NCBI GenBank assembly: GCA_965222115.1
Contig: CBDCTJ010000001.1
Coordinates: 591,638 to 655,637 of the forward strand
Origin: Planctomycetota bacterium
Lineage (GTDB): Bacteria; Planctomycetota; PLA2; JAEUHO01
Length of the DNA: 64,000 nucleotides
Reading direction: 5' to 3'
Shown piece after piece: positions 35,627 to 46,947 of the stretch. The position numbers were made by a program, and so were the translations under genes. The notes under the pieces are model-generated. The model had not been told where the DNA came from and searched no databases. It saw only the letters and a program-made list of their open reading frames with translations. The first letter of the stretch is position 1, and each line of letters begins with the position of its first letter.

Positions 35627-37477
35627 CTAGCGACGCCCACCCAAGACAACGCGAAGTCTCACCGTTTGATCTTCACGAAGCACCGCGAGTTCAACGTCTT
35701 TGCCCGGTCGGAGCCTAGCAAGAAGTCGCGAGAGGTCTTGCAGGGTACGCACGGTCTGGCCCGCGAGTGACACGACGATGTCGCCTGGCTGGACTCCGGC
35801 GCGCTGGGCTGGGCCTTTGGGACTCACCGCCGAGACCAAAATGCCACGCGGGTCGGGTTCGCGAGACGGCACAACGCCGATAAACGCTGGGCGCCGCGGA
35901 CGGGGCGGCATGGTGAACTCAAGCGCAGCGTTGCGGTTTGCCGTCGTGGTGCACGTGTCACGCACGAGTTCGGTGATGCGGTGCATGGCGTCGAAGTCCA
36001 GCGTATCTACATCGTCTGTGGGGCGATGGTAATCCTTGTGAAGCATGGTGAAGAAGAAGAGTACCGGAATGCGTTTTCGAAAAAACGAGGTGCTGTCGGT
36101 AGGTGCAGTGCCGCCCGGGTCACATGTGATGTTGAGCTTGTGATCCTTGTTGGCCGTGGCGACAACATCCCTGAGCCCTTTTGCCGTACCCACACCACCA
36201 ACGTGCAACTTGTTGTCGCGGCAACGACCCACCATATCCATATTGATCATGAGGCGTATGTCGGCCAACGGCACGGTGGGCTTATTCACGAAGTGACGCG
36301 ACCCAAGGAGGCCTCGCTCCTCACCGGTGAATGCGATGAAGAGTATGGAGCGGCGTGGCCGATGCGCTTCGTTCCCAAACCATGCTGCCAGTTCAAGCAA
36401 GCTCGACGTTCCCGATGCGTTGTCGTCGGCACCGTTGTGAATCTTGCCGGACGCACTGGGTCCGCCAGCGCTTCCAAAGAGACCCAGGCCCACGTGGTCG
36501 TAGTGTGCCCCCACCACAATGACTTCATGCGCCAACTCGGGATCACGACCGCGGAGCAAGCCCACCACATTTCGCGCATTCTTGCCTTTGGACTGCGTGA
36601 GTTTCGTCGTGAGGGCCACATGAACGTTCTTGGGCGCAAAGCTCTTGGGGCCGTCGGCGCGAAGTGACGTCTCCCAGTCCTGCAGCGTTGTTCCCTGAAC
36701 ATCGAGAATCGACTGTGCCATGGCCTGCGAGATAAACGCGTAGGGAATCGCACCACTGCCCGCAGGCGCGCCAAGTGACGCACTCCAATGGCCGATGCGA
36801 TCGCCACCTCCTTTGGTGGTCGCGGGGTCATTGCAGAGCAGAAGCGCCACCGCACCTCGCTTGGCGGCCTGACCGAGCTTGTTGACAAACGACGCGTGTT
36901 TGACGTTCTTCCAACCCGGGTCCTTGCGCATCACGAGCACGACTTTGCCCTTGACGTCAACATCCGTGTAGTCGTCCCATGAGCGCTCCGGCGCCGAAAT
37001 GCCGTAGCCACAGCACACGACTTCGCCGGAGATCGATCCAACCGCCGACACCGAAAAGGGGTTCCAGTCCTTTTCCACGGCGTACGACGTAGATGTGCCA
37101 CCGATCGCGATGGAACACACATTGCCCTTCTGCAAAACCGGCTCGCGAATGGTGAAGGGTTGAAACCATGTGCCGTCCGTTCCGTGGGGCTCCACGCCCG
37201 CGGCCTCCAAGTGCTTTGCGATGTAGTTCGATGCAACGGTCGCTTCTTTGCTGGTGGAATCTCGACCGCGCATGGCGTCGGACGCGAGATGTTCCACATG
37301 GCGCCGCAACGATTCCTTATCAATGACAGGATCGGGCGCAACGACGTCGGACGCGTGACGCTCTCTAGCACTCGCAGCGTGTGGCTCGACTCCGAGCACA
37401 GCAACCCACAGAACCAGGACAATTCGACAAGAACGCATCGTTTCCCCCAACATCGAACCGCGCGCATGTGCACTCAT
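35627..37477 (-). CDS. M28 family aminopeptidase with PA and PDZ domains
   Basis: GAHYDH, GADDNASG, GEERGLLGS, NMDMVG, YHRPTD; C-terminal PDZ. Confidence 0.92.
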   Translation of the reverse strand: MSAHARGSMLGETMRSCRIVLVLWVAVLGVEPHAASARERHASDVVAPDPVIDKESLRRHVEHLASDAMRGRDSTSKEATVASNYIAKHLEAAGVEPHGTDGTWFQPFTIREPVLQKGNVCSIAIGGTSTSYAVEKDWNPFSVSAVGSISGEVVCCGYGISAPERSWDDYTDVDVKGKVVLVMRKDPGWKNVKHASFVNKLGQAAKRGAVALLLCNDPATTKGGGDRIGHWSASLGAPAGSGAIPYAFISQAMAQSILDVQGTTLQDWETSLRADGPKSFAPKNVHVALTTKLTQSKGKNARNVVGLLRGRDPELAHEVIVVGAHYDHVGLGLFGSAGGPSASGKIHNGADDNASGTSSLLELAAWFGNEAHRPRRSILFIAFTGEERGLLGSRHFVNKPTVPLADIRLMINMDMVGRCRDNKLHVGGVGTAKGLRDVVATANKDHKLNITCDPGGTAPTDSTSFFRKRIPVLFFFTMLHKDYHRPTDDVDTLDFDAMHRITELVRDTCTTTANRNAALEFTMPPRPRRPAFIGVVPSREPDPRGILVSAVSPKGPAQRAGVQPGDIVVSLAGQTVRTLQDLSRLLARLRPGKDVELAVLREDQTVRLRVVLGGRR

Positions 37478-37497
37478 GAAGGCTCCCTACCGTTGCT

Positions 37498-38427
37498 TCA
37501 CGACTCGGTGGCAAGCAGTGCTCGCAGTGCGTGATCGACCTCTTCCCACTCGGGATGCGCTTCATGGGCTTCTTTGAGCAACCGTGCGGCCTCTAGCAGT
37601 CGTTCTGCGTTATTTCGCAAAAACAGCCCGTAGTTGCCCTTCGCACGCGATGGATTGCGTGCCGCACGCACGGCATTCTTGAATCCCTGTTCCGCACGAT
37701 CGGGCACACCGAGGTGTTGATGGGCAACGGCAAACACCGTCCACGCGCGCTCATTCTTTTTCCGACGCTTGAGTGAGGCCGTCGCGACTTGTGCCGCCTC
37801 TTGCCAGCGCTCACAAAGCATGAGCGCGCCCGCCAAGTCGTCGAGGTACGGACCCCAATCGGGTTGCAACACGGTGGCTTTGCGAAAGTAGGTGGCCGCG
37901 GCTTCCGGATCACCGGTTTCAATCTTGGCGTACCCCAATGCGGCGAATACGGGAGCCTCTTTCTTGTGGTGCTTCTTGTGTGCCTCAAGCACCTTGGCCG
38001 CTTCCTTCGAACGCCCCTGGACACGCAGTGCACGTGTCAACCGAATCAACGGTTCCACATCGTTGGGGGCCATGCGCAGCGCATCGCGAAACGACGACGT
38101 GGCGTCTTCCCAACGTCGTTGCAATTCGTAGGCGCACCCGAAGGCAAACTGAACGCCCGCCGATCGCTTTACGTCCGACCGCGTGCTTTCTGCAAACGCG
38201 TCTATGGCTCGCCAGTCTTTGTAGCGCGTGTAAAACTCAAGCGTGCGAACAGCCAACCGGCTCGAGTCGCTGAAGGCTGTACGCGCTTGTTCTAGGAGTT
38301 TTCGCGCGACGGCGGAGGAGCCTTCGCTCTCGTTCGCGTCGACAAGTCGCAATAATGCCTTTTCGTCGCCCGCTGCAATGGCGGCATCGAACTCGCGCTG
38401 CACGTCTTCCGGTAGGACCGACTCCAT
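37498..38427 (-). CDS. TPR-repeat protein
   Basis: Consecutive TPR units. Confidence 0.8.
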   Translation of the reverse strand: MESVLPEDVQREFDAAIAAGDEKALLRLVDANESEGSSAVARKLLEQARTAFSDSSRLAVRTLEFYTRYKDWRAIDAFAESTRSDVKRSAGVQFAFGCAYELQRRWEDATSSFRDALRMAPNDVEPLIRLTRALRVQGRSKEAAKVLEAHKKHHKKEAPVFAALGYAKIETGDPEAAATYFRKATVLQPDWGPYLDDLAGALMLCERWQEAAQVATASLKRRKKNERAWTVFAVAHQHLGVPDRAEQGFKNAVRAARNPSRAKGNYGLFLRNNAERLLEAARLLKEAHEAHPEWEEVDHALRALLATES

Positions 38428-38553
38428 AGCGACAAGGTAGCAGCCTGCGAGGCGAAATCCTGTGTGGCCCGCGCGCACTCCCCGGAGGCGAGACGGCCAG
38501 TAGCAAGGCGCATCGAAGCGCGCCCCGAACGCGCGCTTCGTGCAACATCCGGG

Positions 38554-39933
38554 CTAGCGAGCCACTGCGGCGCGGAATTTCGCCCAGGGGAAGTTCTTGC
38601 CGGGGCAGGCCGTATTGCAGCAGTCGCAGTGCCCAATGATGTCTCGGGGCGATATGCCGTAGCGCTTCGCAAGCCACTTACAGAGCGACACCATCGCGGC
38701 GAACTGCTTGGAGGTGGGCTCGGCATCCCCCTCGTCGAAGTCGCCTACGAGGCAGATGCCGACGCCGTACTCGTTGTACCGATTTCCAGGCACCTTTGCA
38801 TGGGCACCCTGAATCTGGCGCACCCAGCGCGGGCCAACTTCGACTTCGCCGTCACCACTGAGGCTTCCGTTTCCAATGACGAAGTGATAGCCAAGCCCGT
38901 TTTCCCATCCATTGTCCTCGAGGTGAGTCTTGTGATACTTGGCGGCGTTGCCGCTGGTGTCATCGGAGTGATGGAGCACAATCCATCGCCACTTACGCTC
39001 TTTGACGCTCGACGGAGGCGCCCAAGTGCTTGAGGAGACCGGGGCGCACTCGAACGGGCAGGAACCACGCTTCGACGGTGAACAAAACATGCCATCGGAA
39101 CTGCCCAACAGTTCATCGATGGAGCGTAACTTACGTTTACCACTCTTGCGGGCCGGCTTGGCCGCCACGCTACGCTTGTTTGAAGACGCGCGCCGAGCCA
39201 CATCAACCTTGGAACTCATGGGTAGTGAGGCACCGGACGACGGAAGAGAACGAGTAACAACACCATTCGCAGGCATGACCGTGCCACCCAAACTCGTCGT
39301 TGAACCACCGGGCGTTGCCGGATAGACGAAGATGCGCGAACCCTGTTGCACGATGCGCGCGCCGGCGGGCCAACCTTGGTTGCCAACTCCGTGGCCAGCA
39401 GTTCCGTGCCCGGCAGCACCGTGGCCATGGGCGGGCATATAGGGATTGCTCCTCCCCATGAGGGCGCGGTACGGACGATGGGGTGTGGCGCTGGTTGACT
39501 GAGGCGAATAGGTTGGCTGAGGCGAAGGTGTATAGGTAGAGCGCGCAGACAGCGAATGCGCGTCAACCTCATGCGATAGGAACGTGACGACTCGGCTGGG
39601 AAGCACCCACGTATTGCCCGACTTCGAAACAATGTCCTTGAGCACGTAGCGCTTGCCGTTAACCGTTGCATCGGAACGATTTTGGTAGAGGCGCACGCGC
39701 ACGGCGCCTTGCATCAATAGATAGCTACCGGCGTCTTGAACCGTGAGACCCTTGGACCGGGCAAATTGGCGCGCCGTCATGGATGCATCGGCAGCTTGTG
39801 CCGCCGTATGGTGAATCGCCGCAAACCCGGTCACGAGCAACGCGAAGAAGAGGCCGCGCTTCCAGTAGGTACGCGATTCCGAGGCGCCTGTCTGTTCCGA
39901 CGCGTACGTCTGTATCTTCCCTGAACTGCTCAT
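38554..39933 (-). CDS. N-acetylmuramoyl-L-alanine amidase (Amidase_2/PGRP-like)
   Basis: WIVLHHS, LGYHFVIGNG, GAH, IGH..TACPG; N-terminal signal/TM segment. Confidence 0.9.
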   Translation of the reverse strand: MSSSGKIQTYASEQTGASESRTYWKRGLFFALLVTGFAAIHHTAAQAADASMTARQFARSKGLTVQDAGSYLLMQGAVRVRLYQNRSDATVNGKRYVLKDIVSKSGNTWVLPSRVVTFLSHEVDAHSLSARSTYTPSPQPTYSPQSTSATPHRPYRALMGRSNPYMPAHGHGAAGHGTAGHGVGNQGWPAGARIVQQGSRIFVYPATPGGSTTSLGGTVMPANGVVTRSLPSSGASLPMSSKVDVARRASSNKRSVAAKPARKSGKRKLRSIDELLGSSDGMFCSPSKRGSCPFECAPVSSSTWAPPSSVKERKWRWIVLHHSDDTSGNAAKYHKTHLEDNGWENGLGYHFVIGNGSLSGDGEVEVGPRWVRQIQGAHAKVPGNRYNEYGVGICLVGDFDEGDAEPTSKQFAAMVSLCKWLAKRYGISPRDIIGHCDCCNTACPGKNFPWAKFRAAVAR

Positions 39934-40230
39934 CGGAAGCTCCCTCGTAGGCCATGCGCGACCGCTCGCCGGTGGACCCTACCGCCACCAAGCGACAAAA
40001 AATGGCGGCCCGCTGAGCGCAGGCCGCCCCTCCATGGGTAATCGGCTTGAATTCATCGGCCCCGCAGCCCGCTGGCGCGCGGTTTTGCAGGCGTCCAGCC
40101 CTTGGAAACCATCCATCCGTCTCACCTTTAGACAATCGGGCCACTCCGTAGAATCTTCGTGGCCGATTTCGCGGCGGAATTCCCATCGATCGCCCGGCGA
40201 CCGCGCCCCATGAACTAGGAGCTGAGTGGC

Positions 40231-43200
40231 ATGACACAGGTCCCCAAAGGACCCAACGAACGGCCTCAGGGCTCGACGAGGGCGCGATGGCGCGGACCCG
40301 TCCTTTGGATCTGGATGGGGATCGTGCTGTTGATGCTGCCCCGCGTAGCCGCGGCCGCCGATGGGCTCGCTCCACCCAAGGCGCTGACCCTTGAACCGAT
40401 CCCCTTTGCCGACGCACCGTCCATCGACGGCGACCTGGGCGAGTGGCGCAGTGAAGCAAGCAAAGCAACCCTGCTTCTAGAGCGGTCGGAACAAGTACAC
40501 CCCACACGACGCGCTGCATGGGACGGTCCGCGCGACTTGAGTATGCGCGGGTGGGTTGGCCAGCACGACAACACGTTGTACATGGCGTTGCGCATTCAAG
40601 ACGATGACCGGTTCCATGACCCAACGGAAGCGTGGTGGCATGGCGATAGCGTAGAACTGTTTATCAATAGTGACTATGGCACGCCGTCGTCAACCACCGG
40701 ATACACGGACGGTTGTTGGCAGTTGTTTCTTATGCCCGTCAACGAAGAAATGCGATGGGGCGTGGTGTGGCGCGGTAAGCGCATGTTGTTTAGTGATGGC
40801 AATCTTCGCGGCGTACGCATGGCCCATCGTCTGCGGGGAAGTGAAGGGCTTGACATTGAGCTCGCCTTGCCGCTCGAAAACTTTGGCATCGACCCGCGCC
40901 GCGGTGCGCGCACCATTGGATTCGCGCTGGCGCTCAACGATGCCGATACGGCTCCGTCTCGGCCCGGTACCTACATGTCGTGGAATGCGGGATTCGATCT
41001 CTTCCAACGACCTGAGCATTTCGGCGCCATGACGCTGGGGCCGACCGCCCCGAAGCAGGATGCCGCCGCCGCGCCCACACATTCGCCACCAAGCTGGATA
41101 TGGAGCGCATTGGCGCTCGCCTTCGCAGCGGGCCTTGCGTTGCTGCTCGCAGGCCCCGGAAGCCATTTTCTTGCGCGTTGGAGCCTACGCGCCAAATGCA
41201 CCTCACTCGCCTGCATCGGGCTCCTGGCCCTGCTCATTCAACTGGTTGCGGGCAGTCCCGTTGAGGCCGCTCGCGCGCGCGAGACGCAAGCCATCGCCGA
41301 AGCAGCCAAGGCCATGGATCCGATTGCACGCGAAGCTGACCACGCCGGTGTCTTTGTCGATTCGAGTCCAGCGTCGAGGGCCGATCGACTTCGGCGTCTT
41401 ATGTTGGGTGACGCCGTGCCGTGCATGCCCCCGGTAGCGGCTGCGCGCATGGTTCCGATTCATGAGAACGGATCGTTCGTCGGAGACGTCCCGCCGCGAT
41501 ACGACTTCGACCTTTCCGTCGCCCGTCAGTTCGATCTCCCCGAACCAGTACACGCGCGTGCCCTGAAGTTGGATGTTCGCATACCTGCAACGGACCGAAC
41601 GCGTCGTGGCTCCCCCACCCTTGGCACATTGCGCGTATCAAGCAAAGACAAGCGACAGTTTGATGTTCCGGTCCCCATGCCACGCACGGAGCCGGGCTCG
41701 GCAAGCGCTACGTTGACGTTGACGTTGCCGCAGGCACTGACGTTGCACCGGATGGATTGGATACCGAACGACGGCGGCAACCGCGCGACGCTTATGCGTG
41801 TGTCGGCGCAATCCCCGGGTAACGACACAAGCAAGCCGTTATTGCTGAGCCGCCGCATGCAAGCGGGGATTCCTGTCTTAGCGGGACCCGGCACGCACGG
41901 TGGTGTGCGCGTATTGACGCCAGGCCAGTCGATGGAAACCGCATTGCCCGCGTTGGATGTCCCGGCCAATCGACTGTGGGTCTTGCTTGAGAGCGACGTG
42001 GCGTTCCCCGACCTCCTGGGTGACCCGGTGTTGGCTCGCTTGGCCGTGCACTACGACCGCGGCGAGCCACAGATCGTGGCGCTGCGCAACGGGATACACG
42101 TGGTGGCCAGTCGCCGCGCGCTGGGTCATGGAAATCCGCCACCCCTTGCCAGTCGAACCGCCTATGCATGGCGAGATTCTCAAGGATTTCGTCGGGAGCA
42201 ACCCGCCCTGCCCGTGGGCCTGGACCCAACCCGCCGTCCCGTGCGCCTAACGCTTGAGAATCTCAAGCCCGGGGGACCCCTCACGTTGGTGGCTGCCACG
42301 TTGGTGGCCCACCGTGCGGAGGCCGGTGGCGCACACCTGCGGGTGACGTACAACGACGAGGGACCGCACGACACGGTGCATCGCCGCGATGCCAAGCACC
42401 CCGACTTTCACAACATCTTGTCTCGCGACGGCGCCACGCACCGAGACACGCATGGGGACGTGCGCGTTCATGCGACTCACACATTCGAGACTGAGGCTGG
42501 CGACGCATCACTTGAGTTTGAACGCGCCATTCCCGCCGCTGCAACGGACGCCGCCGCGCGCAAGCGCACGCTACTACTCGGATGTCTCGTCGCCGCATTG
42601 GCGCTTTTGGTGCTCATTGCTGTAGATGTCGCGAGTCGTTTTCGACAACTCACGTGGCGGTTGGGCTTTGGCGTCATCGTTGCGGCGCTTGTTCCGCTGG
42701 TTATCTCGCTTTTGCTCGTCGATCAACACGCACGGCGCGACATGGAGCAAGATCAACGGCGCATGACGGCCGCGGGAGTTGACGCATTGCGTTTACGGCT
42801 TAACGACACGCGGCGACAGATTCAATCAGCGGCCGAAGCACTCGTTGAACATGTCGAGTCACACGACTCCACGTCGGAGCGGCTCACACTAAAGCGACGC
42901 GTTGCGCTCGTGAGCCGCGCCACGCTGCCCTCCATGCGACGCGCGTCGGTGTGGATCCACGGTGCGCAAATTCCACCGACGGTTGTGGATGTCGGCGATG
43001 TTGCCCAACCATTGCAATGCGCGCGATTTCTTCACGATGCCGCGGGCGACTCCGGACTTCACATTTCGCCCTGGGACGGATTGTTGGCCGTGGGATCGGC
43101 ACGTCGCGGAAGTGATGATCGCTGGGTCCAAGTGATCGTGGGAATACCGATTGACGATGACTACTTGACGTCATTGGTCAAGGAGTCGTTGCCGACACGT

Positions 43201-45678
43201 CGTGCCCAAGCGCACGTGGTCGCTGCCGATGGACGCCAACTCGCCCACGCAGATAGTGCCCACGCAGGCAGTGTGGATGAGCGCGGTAACAAGGAGGTAG
43301 CGAATCAAGCGCCGATGTTTGGCCGCGCCGCATCCATGACGCTCCCCACAAGCCCCTCAGCCACGCTTTCGCCGGTGCGCCTTGCCCTGGAACTCGACGC
43401 ATCTGATGCCGAGGAGCGGCTCTCACGCTCCCGAATGCCGCTGCTTTGGCTGGGTCTCTTTGGACTCGTGCTTCTGGCGGGCGCCATCGGGTTGGTGGCA
43501 CGTCGCATTGCCGATCCCATCCGCGATCTTGTCGACGTCACCAACGCAGTACGCAGCGGAAGTTTCGATGTGCCGGCACCCGAAGCGGGCAGTGACGAGA
43601 TCGGTCAACTGTCGATTGCATTCGATCAAATGCGACTGGACTTGCGCCAACAAGTGCGCGACCTCGCGCGGCTTCGAAATGCTCAGGAGCGGCTGTCAAC
43701 CACCCTTGACTACGGACTGCGCGCCGACATGGCCGCAACGCTCTTTCGTGAACACTGCCACGCCGATCATGCCATCGTCTTAGGAGCGCGCAGCCCTGCG
43801 GGCCCCATTCGCGTGCTTGCCGCACAGTTGGACGACGATGAGAATCGATTCTCTAGCGAACCGATGCCGCTGTCGAAGAACAGTTGGCTTGCGCATGCGT
43901 TGGCCACGCACGGTCCCCTGATTCGTAGCGCCGACGGCGATGGAGACGTGGCAGCCACGGGCATTGAGGCGCGCCTGCTTCGCCATGCACCGGCCTGGAT
44001 GGCCGTTCCCCTACGCGCAGGACAAGCACTGGAAGGCGCAGCACTGCTGGGTTGGCGCGATAGCACGGACGCAACCGAACAGGGGGGCGACACGCCCCGT
44101 GTGCTGGGGTTGGCATCGATCGTTTCTAACTCTCTGCACAATGCCCATCTGTACCGCATGGCCGCATTGGATGAACAAACAGGCCTGCAAAGTGCTTCCG
44201 CGTTTCGCGCGGGGCTGCAGGCTGAAGTCGATGACGTCTTGGCGCACGGCGATTCTGTTACGGTCTTGCTGGTGGGACTCGATCAGAGTGAACACATTGC
44301 ACGGCGCCGCGGCTCCGCCTTGGCACGCGCCGTTCGCCATCAATGTGCCGGTCGTCTCCGCGGGATCGTCACCGATGACATGCGATTAGGCGCCATTTCG
44401 AACCACGACATGGCGGTGCGGATGCGGGGCATCAACCGGCAGGCCCTAGACGAGTTGACGGCGCGCATTCGGACAAGTCTCGGTTCTATCGAAGTGGTAC
44501 AAGAAGACGACGACGTACCCGCCACGACGTCGGTATCGATTGGTGTGGCGCGTGTACCGGAAGACGCGGCCAGTGTGGAATTCGCCATGGATGCAGCGGA
44601 GCGTGCATTGCGTGCAGCGCAGCGAGAGGGCGGAAGCGCCGTCGTTGATGCCGGTCGTTTGGAGTCGGCTGCGGTGACCATGCCACCCTTCGAGGACGGC
44701 GCGGTGTTCCGCTCGCGCAATATGATTGATGTCGTTGAACGCGCGCGCCGGGCTGCCGCGTCGGATGCCTCGGTCCTTGTGACGGGCGAAACGGGAACTG
44801 GCAAGGAAGTCATCGCCTCGCTCGTTCACAAGCGCAGCGCACGCGCTTCACGACCACTGGTAAGCGTCAACTGCGCCGCATTTCCCGATTCGCTGCTTGA
44901 AAGCGAGCTCTTTGGACACGAACGCGGTGCCTTTACGGGTGCGGAACGACGCCGTGAAGGACGCTTTGAACTCGCCGACGGCGGCACCCTCTTTCTCGAT
45001 GAGGTGGGTGAAATGTCGGCCGGCGCACAGGCCAAGTTGCTGCGCGTGTTACAGGAACGCCAGTTCACGCGGCTAGGTGGCTCCCGGCCCATCGATGTCG
45101 ATGTGCGCTTGATCGCCGCCACGAACGCGGATCTCGAAGAGTCGATTCGACGCGGCACGTTCCGTCAGGACCTCTATTACCGCCTCAACGTGATTCGCCT
45201 CGAGATTCCGCCACTGCGCGAACGGCGCCCGGAAATTCCGCCACTGGTGGAGCACTTCCTGCGTGAGGCGCGCAACCGTGCGGGTCGCGGTCCCCGTGGC
45301 ATGACCGCGGGAGCCATGGATGTGCTCTACCGTCACCCGTGGCCGGGCAATGTGCGTGAGTTGAAGAACGTCGTCGAGCGCTGTGCCGTGTTTTGTGAAG
45401 GTGAACTCGTTCAATCGGCGGATTTGCAAATCGACACGCCGATGGCCGACGAAGGCGCCGCACTTTCTCCGCGCAGTGCCCCCACCGACGATCTCAATCC
45501 GAGACAGCGCAAGCTCTTGGAACACTTGTCACGCGTGGGCCGGTGTACGAACCGCGAGTACTACGAGATGACAGGAACGTCGCCGCGCACCGGACTGCGC
45601 GACCTGCAGAACTTGATGGAACGTGGGCTGCTCGTGCGTGAAGGCAAACGACGTGGCGCGGTGTACCGACTCCCGTAA
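40231..45678 (+). CDS. Giant membrane-anchored sigma54 enhancer-binding protein (CBM9-like, TM, HAMP, GAF-like, degenerate GGDEF, AAA+, wHTH)
   Basis: IDGDLGEW/GDSVELF (CBM9-like), DEIGQL..FDQM (HAMP), GETGTGKE, GAFTGA, C-terminal winged helix. Confidence 0.85.
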   Translation: MTQVPKGPNERPQGSTRARWRGPVLWIWMGIVLLMLPRVAAAADGLAPPKALTLEPIPFADAPSIDGDLGEWRSEASKATLLLERSEQVHPTRRAAWDGPRDLSMRGWVGQHDNTLYMALRIQDDDRFHDPTEAWWHGDSVELFINSDYGTPSSTTGYTDGCWQLFLMPVNEEMRWGVVWRGKRMLFSDGNLRGVRMAHRLRGSEGLDIELALPLENFGIDPRRGARTIGFALALNDADTAPSRPGTYMSWNAGFDLFQRPEHFGAMTLGPTAPKQDAAAAPTHSPPSWIWSALALAFAAGLALLLAGPGSHFLARWSLRAKCTSLACIGLLALLIQLVAGSPVEAARARETQAIAEAAKAMDPIAREADHAGVFVDSSPASRADRLRRLMLGDAVPCMPPVAAARMVPIHENGSFVGDVPPRYDFDLSVARQFDLPEPVHARALKLDVRIPATDRTRRGSPTLGTLRVSSKDKRQFDVPVPMPRTEPGSASATLTLTLPQALTLHRMDWIPNDGGNRATLMRVSAQSPGNDTSKPLLLSRRMQAGIPVLAGPGTHGGVRVLTPGQSMETALPALDVPANRLWVLLESDVAFPDLLGDPVLARLAVHYDRGEPQIVALRNGIHVVASRRALGHGNPPPLASRTAYAWRDSQGFRREQPALPVGLDPTRRPVRLTLENLKPGGPLTLVAATLVAHRAEAGGAHLRVTYNDEGPHDTVHRRDAKHPDFHNILSRDGATHRDTHGDVRVHATHTFETEAGDASLEFERAIPAAATDAAARKRTLLLGCLVAALALLVLIAVDVASRFRQLTWRLGFGVIVAALVPLVISLLLVDQHARRDMEQDQRRMTAAGVDALRLRLNDTRRQIQSAAEALVEHVESHDSTSERLTLKRRVALVSRATLPSMRRASVWIHGAQIPPTVVDVGDVAQPLQCARFLHDAAGDSGLHISPWDGLLAVGSARRGSDDRWVQVIVGIPIDDDYLTSLVKESLPTRRAQAHVVAADGRQLAHADSAHAGSVDERGNKEVANQAPMFGRAASMTLPTSPSATLSPVRLALELDASDAEERLSRSRMPLLWLGLFGLVLLAGAIGLVARRIADPIRDLVDVTNAVRSGSFDVPAPEAGSDEIGQLSIAFDQMRLDLRQQVRDLARLRNAQERLSTTLDYGLRADMAATLFREHCHADHAIVLGARSPAGPIRVLAAQLDDDENRFSSEPMPLSKNSWLAHALATHGPLIRSADGDGDVAATGIEARLLRHAPAWMAVPLRAGQALEGAALLGWRDSTDATEQGGDTPRVLGLASIVSNSLHNAHLYRMAALDEQTGLQSASAFRAGLQAEVDDVLAHGDSVTVLLVGLDQSEHIARRRGSALARAVRHQCAGRLRGIVTDDMRLGAISNHDMAVRMRGINRQALDELTARIRTSLGSIEVVQEDDDVPATTSVSIGVARVPEDAASVEFAMDAAERALRAAQREGGSAVVDAGRLESAAVTMPPFEDGAVFRSRNMIDVVERARRAAASDASVLVTGETGTGKEVIASLVHKRSARASRPLVSVNCAAFPDSLLESELFGHERGAFTGAERRREGRFELADGGTLFLDEVGEMSAGAQAKLLRVLQERQFTRLGGSRPIDVDVRLIAATNADLEESIRRGTFRQDLYYRLNVIRLEIPPLRERRPEIPPLVEHFLREARNRAGRGPRGMTAGAMDVLYRHPWPGNVRELKNVVERCAVFCEGELVQSADLQIDTPMADEGAALSPRSAPTDDLNPRQRKLLEHLSRVGRCTNREYYEMTGTSPRTGLRDLQNLMERGLLVREGKRRGAVYRLP

Positions 45679-45689
45679 ACAACGGGACT

Positions 45690-46928
45690 CTACTTGGGAG
45701 CCTTTTCGCTCTCTTTCTCTCTGTCCTTGGCGTCACCGTTACCCGATTCGCCGTCCTTTGAGTCATCGTCTTTGGATTCACCGTCTTCAGATTCACCATC
45801 GTTGGGCTTATCGTCTTTCTCGGGTTCCTTCTTCTTCAACAGGAGATCGAGGGGATCCAGACGAAACTCATTCACACCATGGTTGCCTCGAACAACAAAG
45901 ACGTAGTCCTTGCCGTCACAACGCACGTAGCGATGTCCCTTGGTGGAACCATCGGGCGTCTCGTCGCTGCCTTCGTCTTTGACGCTCTTACCTACGTATA
46001 GCGTGCGCACATGAATACGCTTATCTACACGCTGCTTGAGCGTGATCACGAGTTCGGGCGCATCGAGGCCAAACGACTTTAGGTCTTCGTCGCTGGCACT
46101 GCCCGCGGCGATGTTCTCAATCAAGAGCCCAGAAAGCGTTTGGGCTAAGTTGTTGACGCGGTTGGTGTCTACGTCGCCTTCGGCAGGCGACGCCATCCAA
46201 TACACTTTGCTGGTATCGGCTTCATCTTTCTCGGGCGCATCGACTTCTACATCCACCGGGCTCTCACCACGCCGAACAATGGTGACAACGCGCTTATCCA
46301 GCCGCTGATCGATGTCGAGGCGGATCGTCTCGGCCTTTTCGGTGGGCTCCCACACGCTACGCGAGATCCAGTCGGCCACGTCTAAGGTCACGACGTGCCT
46401 CGGCACACCGCGGGTGCGCACAATTTGCTCGGCACCGTCGACCTCCATGCGCAGGAACGCATCCGGGTAGCGATCGTCACGGCCGAGTGAGAAGTCGGTG
46501 ATCACATCGCCGCCACTCTTCATGGCGCGTACGTGCGTCCATCCACTTGTGCTCGCGTACTTGGCAAACGTCTCCTTGTTGGTGGTGACGAGGCCTCGGT
46601 TGCGCGCGCCGACCAGCGCATCCAACACGCCTTGCACCTGTGCCTTCAATGCGGGGTAGCGAAACGCGCTTTCCACGATCCACGAACCATCCGACTCGCG
46701 CTGCAACACAACACGCTTCTCTTTGTCGGGCGACGAACCGTCCACTGCTTGCTCGGACAGTTCGATGCGACTGATGTCGGCGTCGGAAACGTTTGGTGCA
46801 ATGCGCGGAAAGTTCTCTTTGGCCACCGAACTTTGCTTCGAGGGACGCGCTAGCATGTAGGCCGCAAGGCCCACGGCAAGCAGGCCGAGAACGATGTTTC
46901 TGCGCTGGAGCGTCTGAACACGGCTCAT
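45690..46928 (-). CDS. DUF4340 domain protein
   Basis: N-terminal TM, FGLDAP motif, position after a GldG-like gene. Confidence 0.75.
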   Translation of the reverse strand: MSRVQTLQRRNIVLGLLAVGLAAYMLARPSKQSSVAKENFPRIAPNVSDADISRIELSEQAVDGSSPDKEKRVVLQRESDGSWIVESAFRYPALKAQVQGVLDALVGARNRGLVTTNKETFAKYASTSGWTHVRAMKSGGDVITDFSLGRDDRYPDAFLRMEVDGAEQIVRTRGVPRHVVTLDVADWISRSVWEPTEKAETIRLDIDQRLDKRVVTIVRRGESPVDVEVDAPEKDEADTSKVYWMASPAEGDVDTNRVNNLAQTLSGLLIENIAAGSASDEDLKSFGLDAPELVITLKQRVDKRIHVRTLYVGKSVKDEGSDETPDGSTKGHRYVRCDGKDYVFVVRGNHGVNEFRLDPLDLLLKKKEPEKDDKPNDGESEDGESKDDDSKDGESGNGDAKDREKESEKAPK

Positions 46929-46947
46929 AGGAGTCGTCCTCCGTGAA

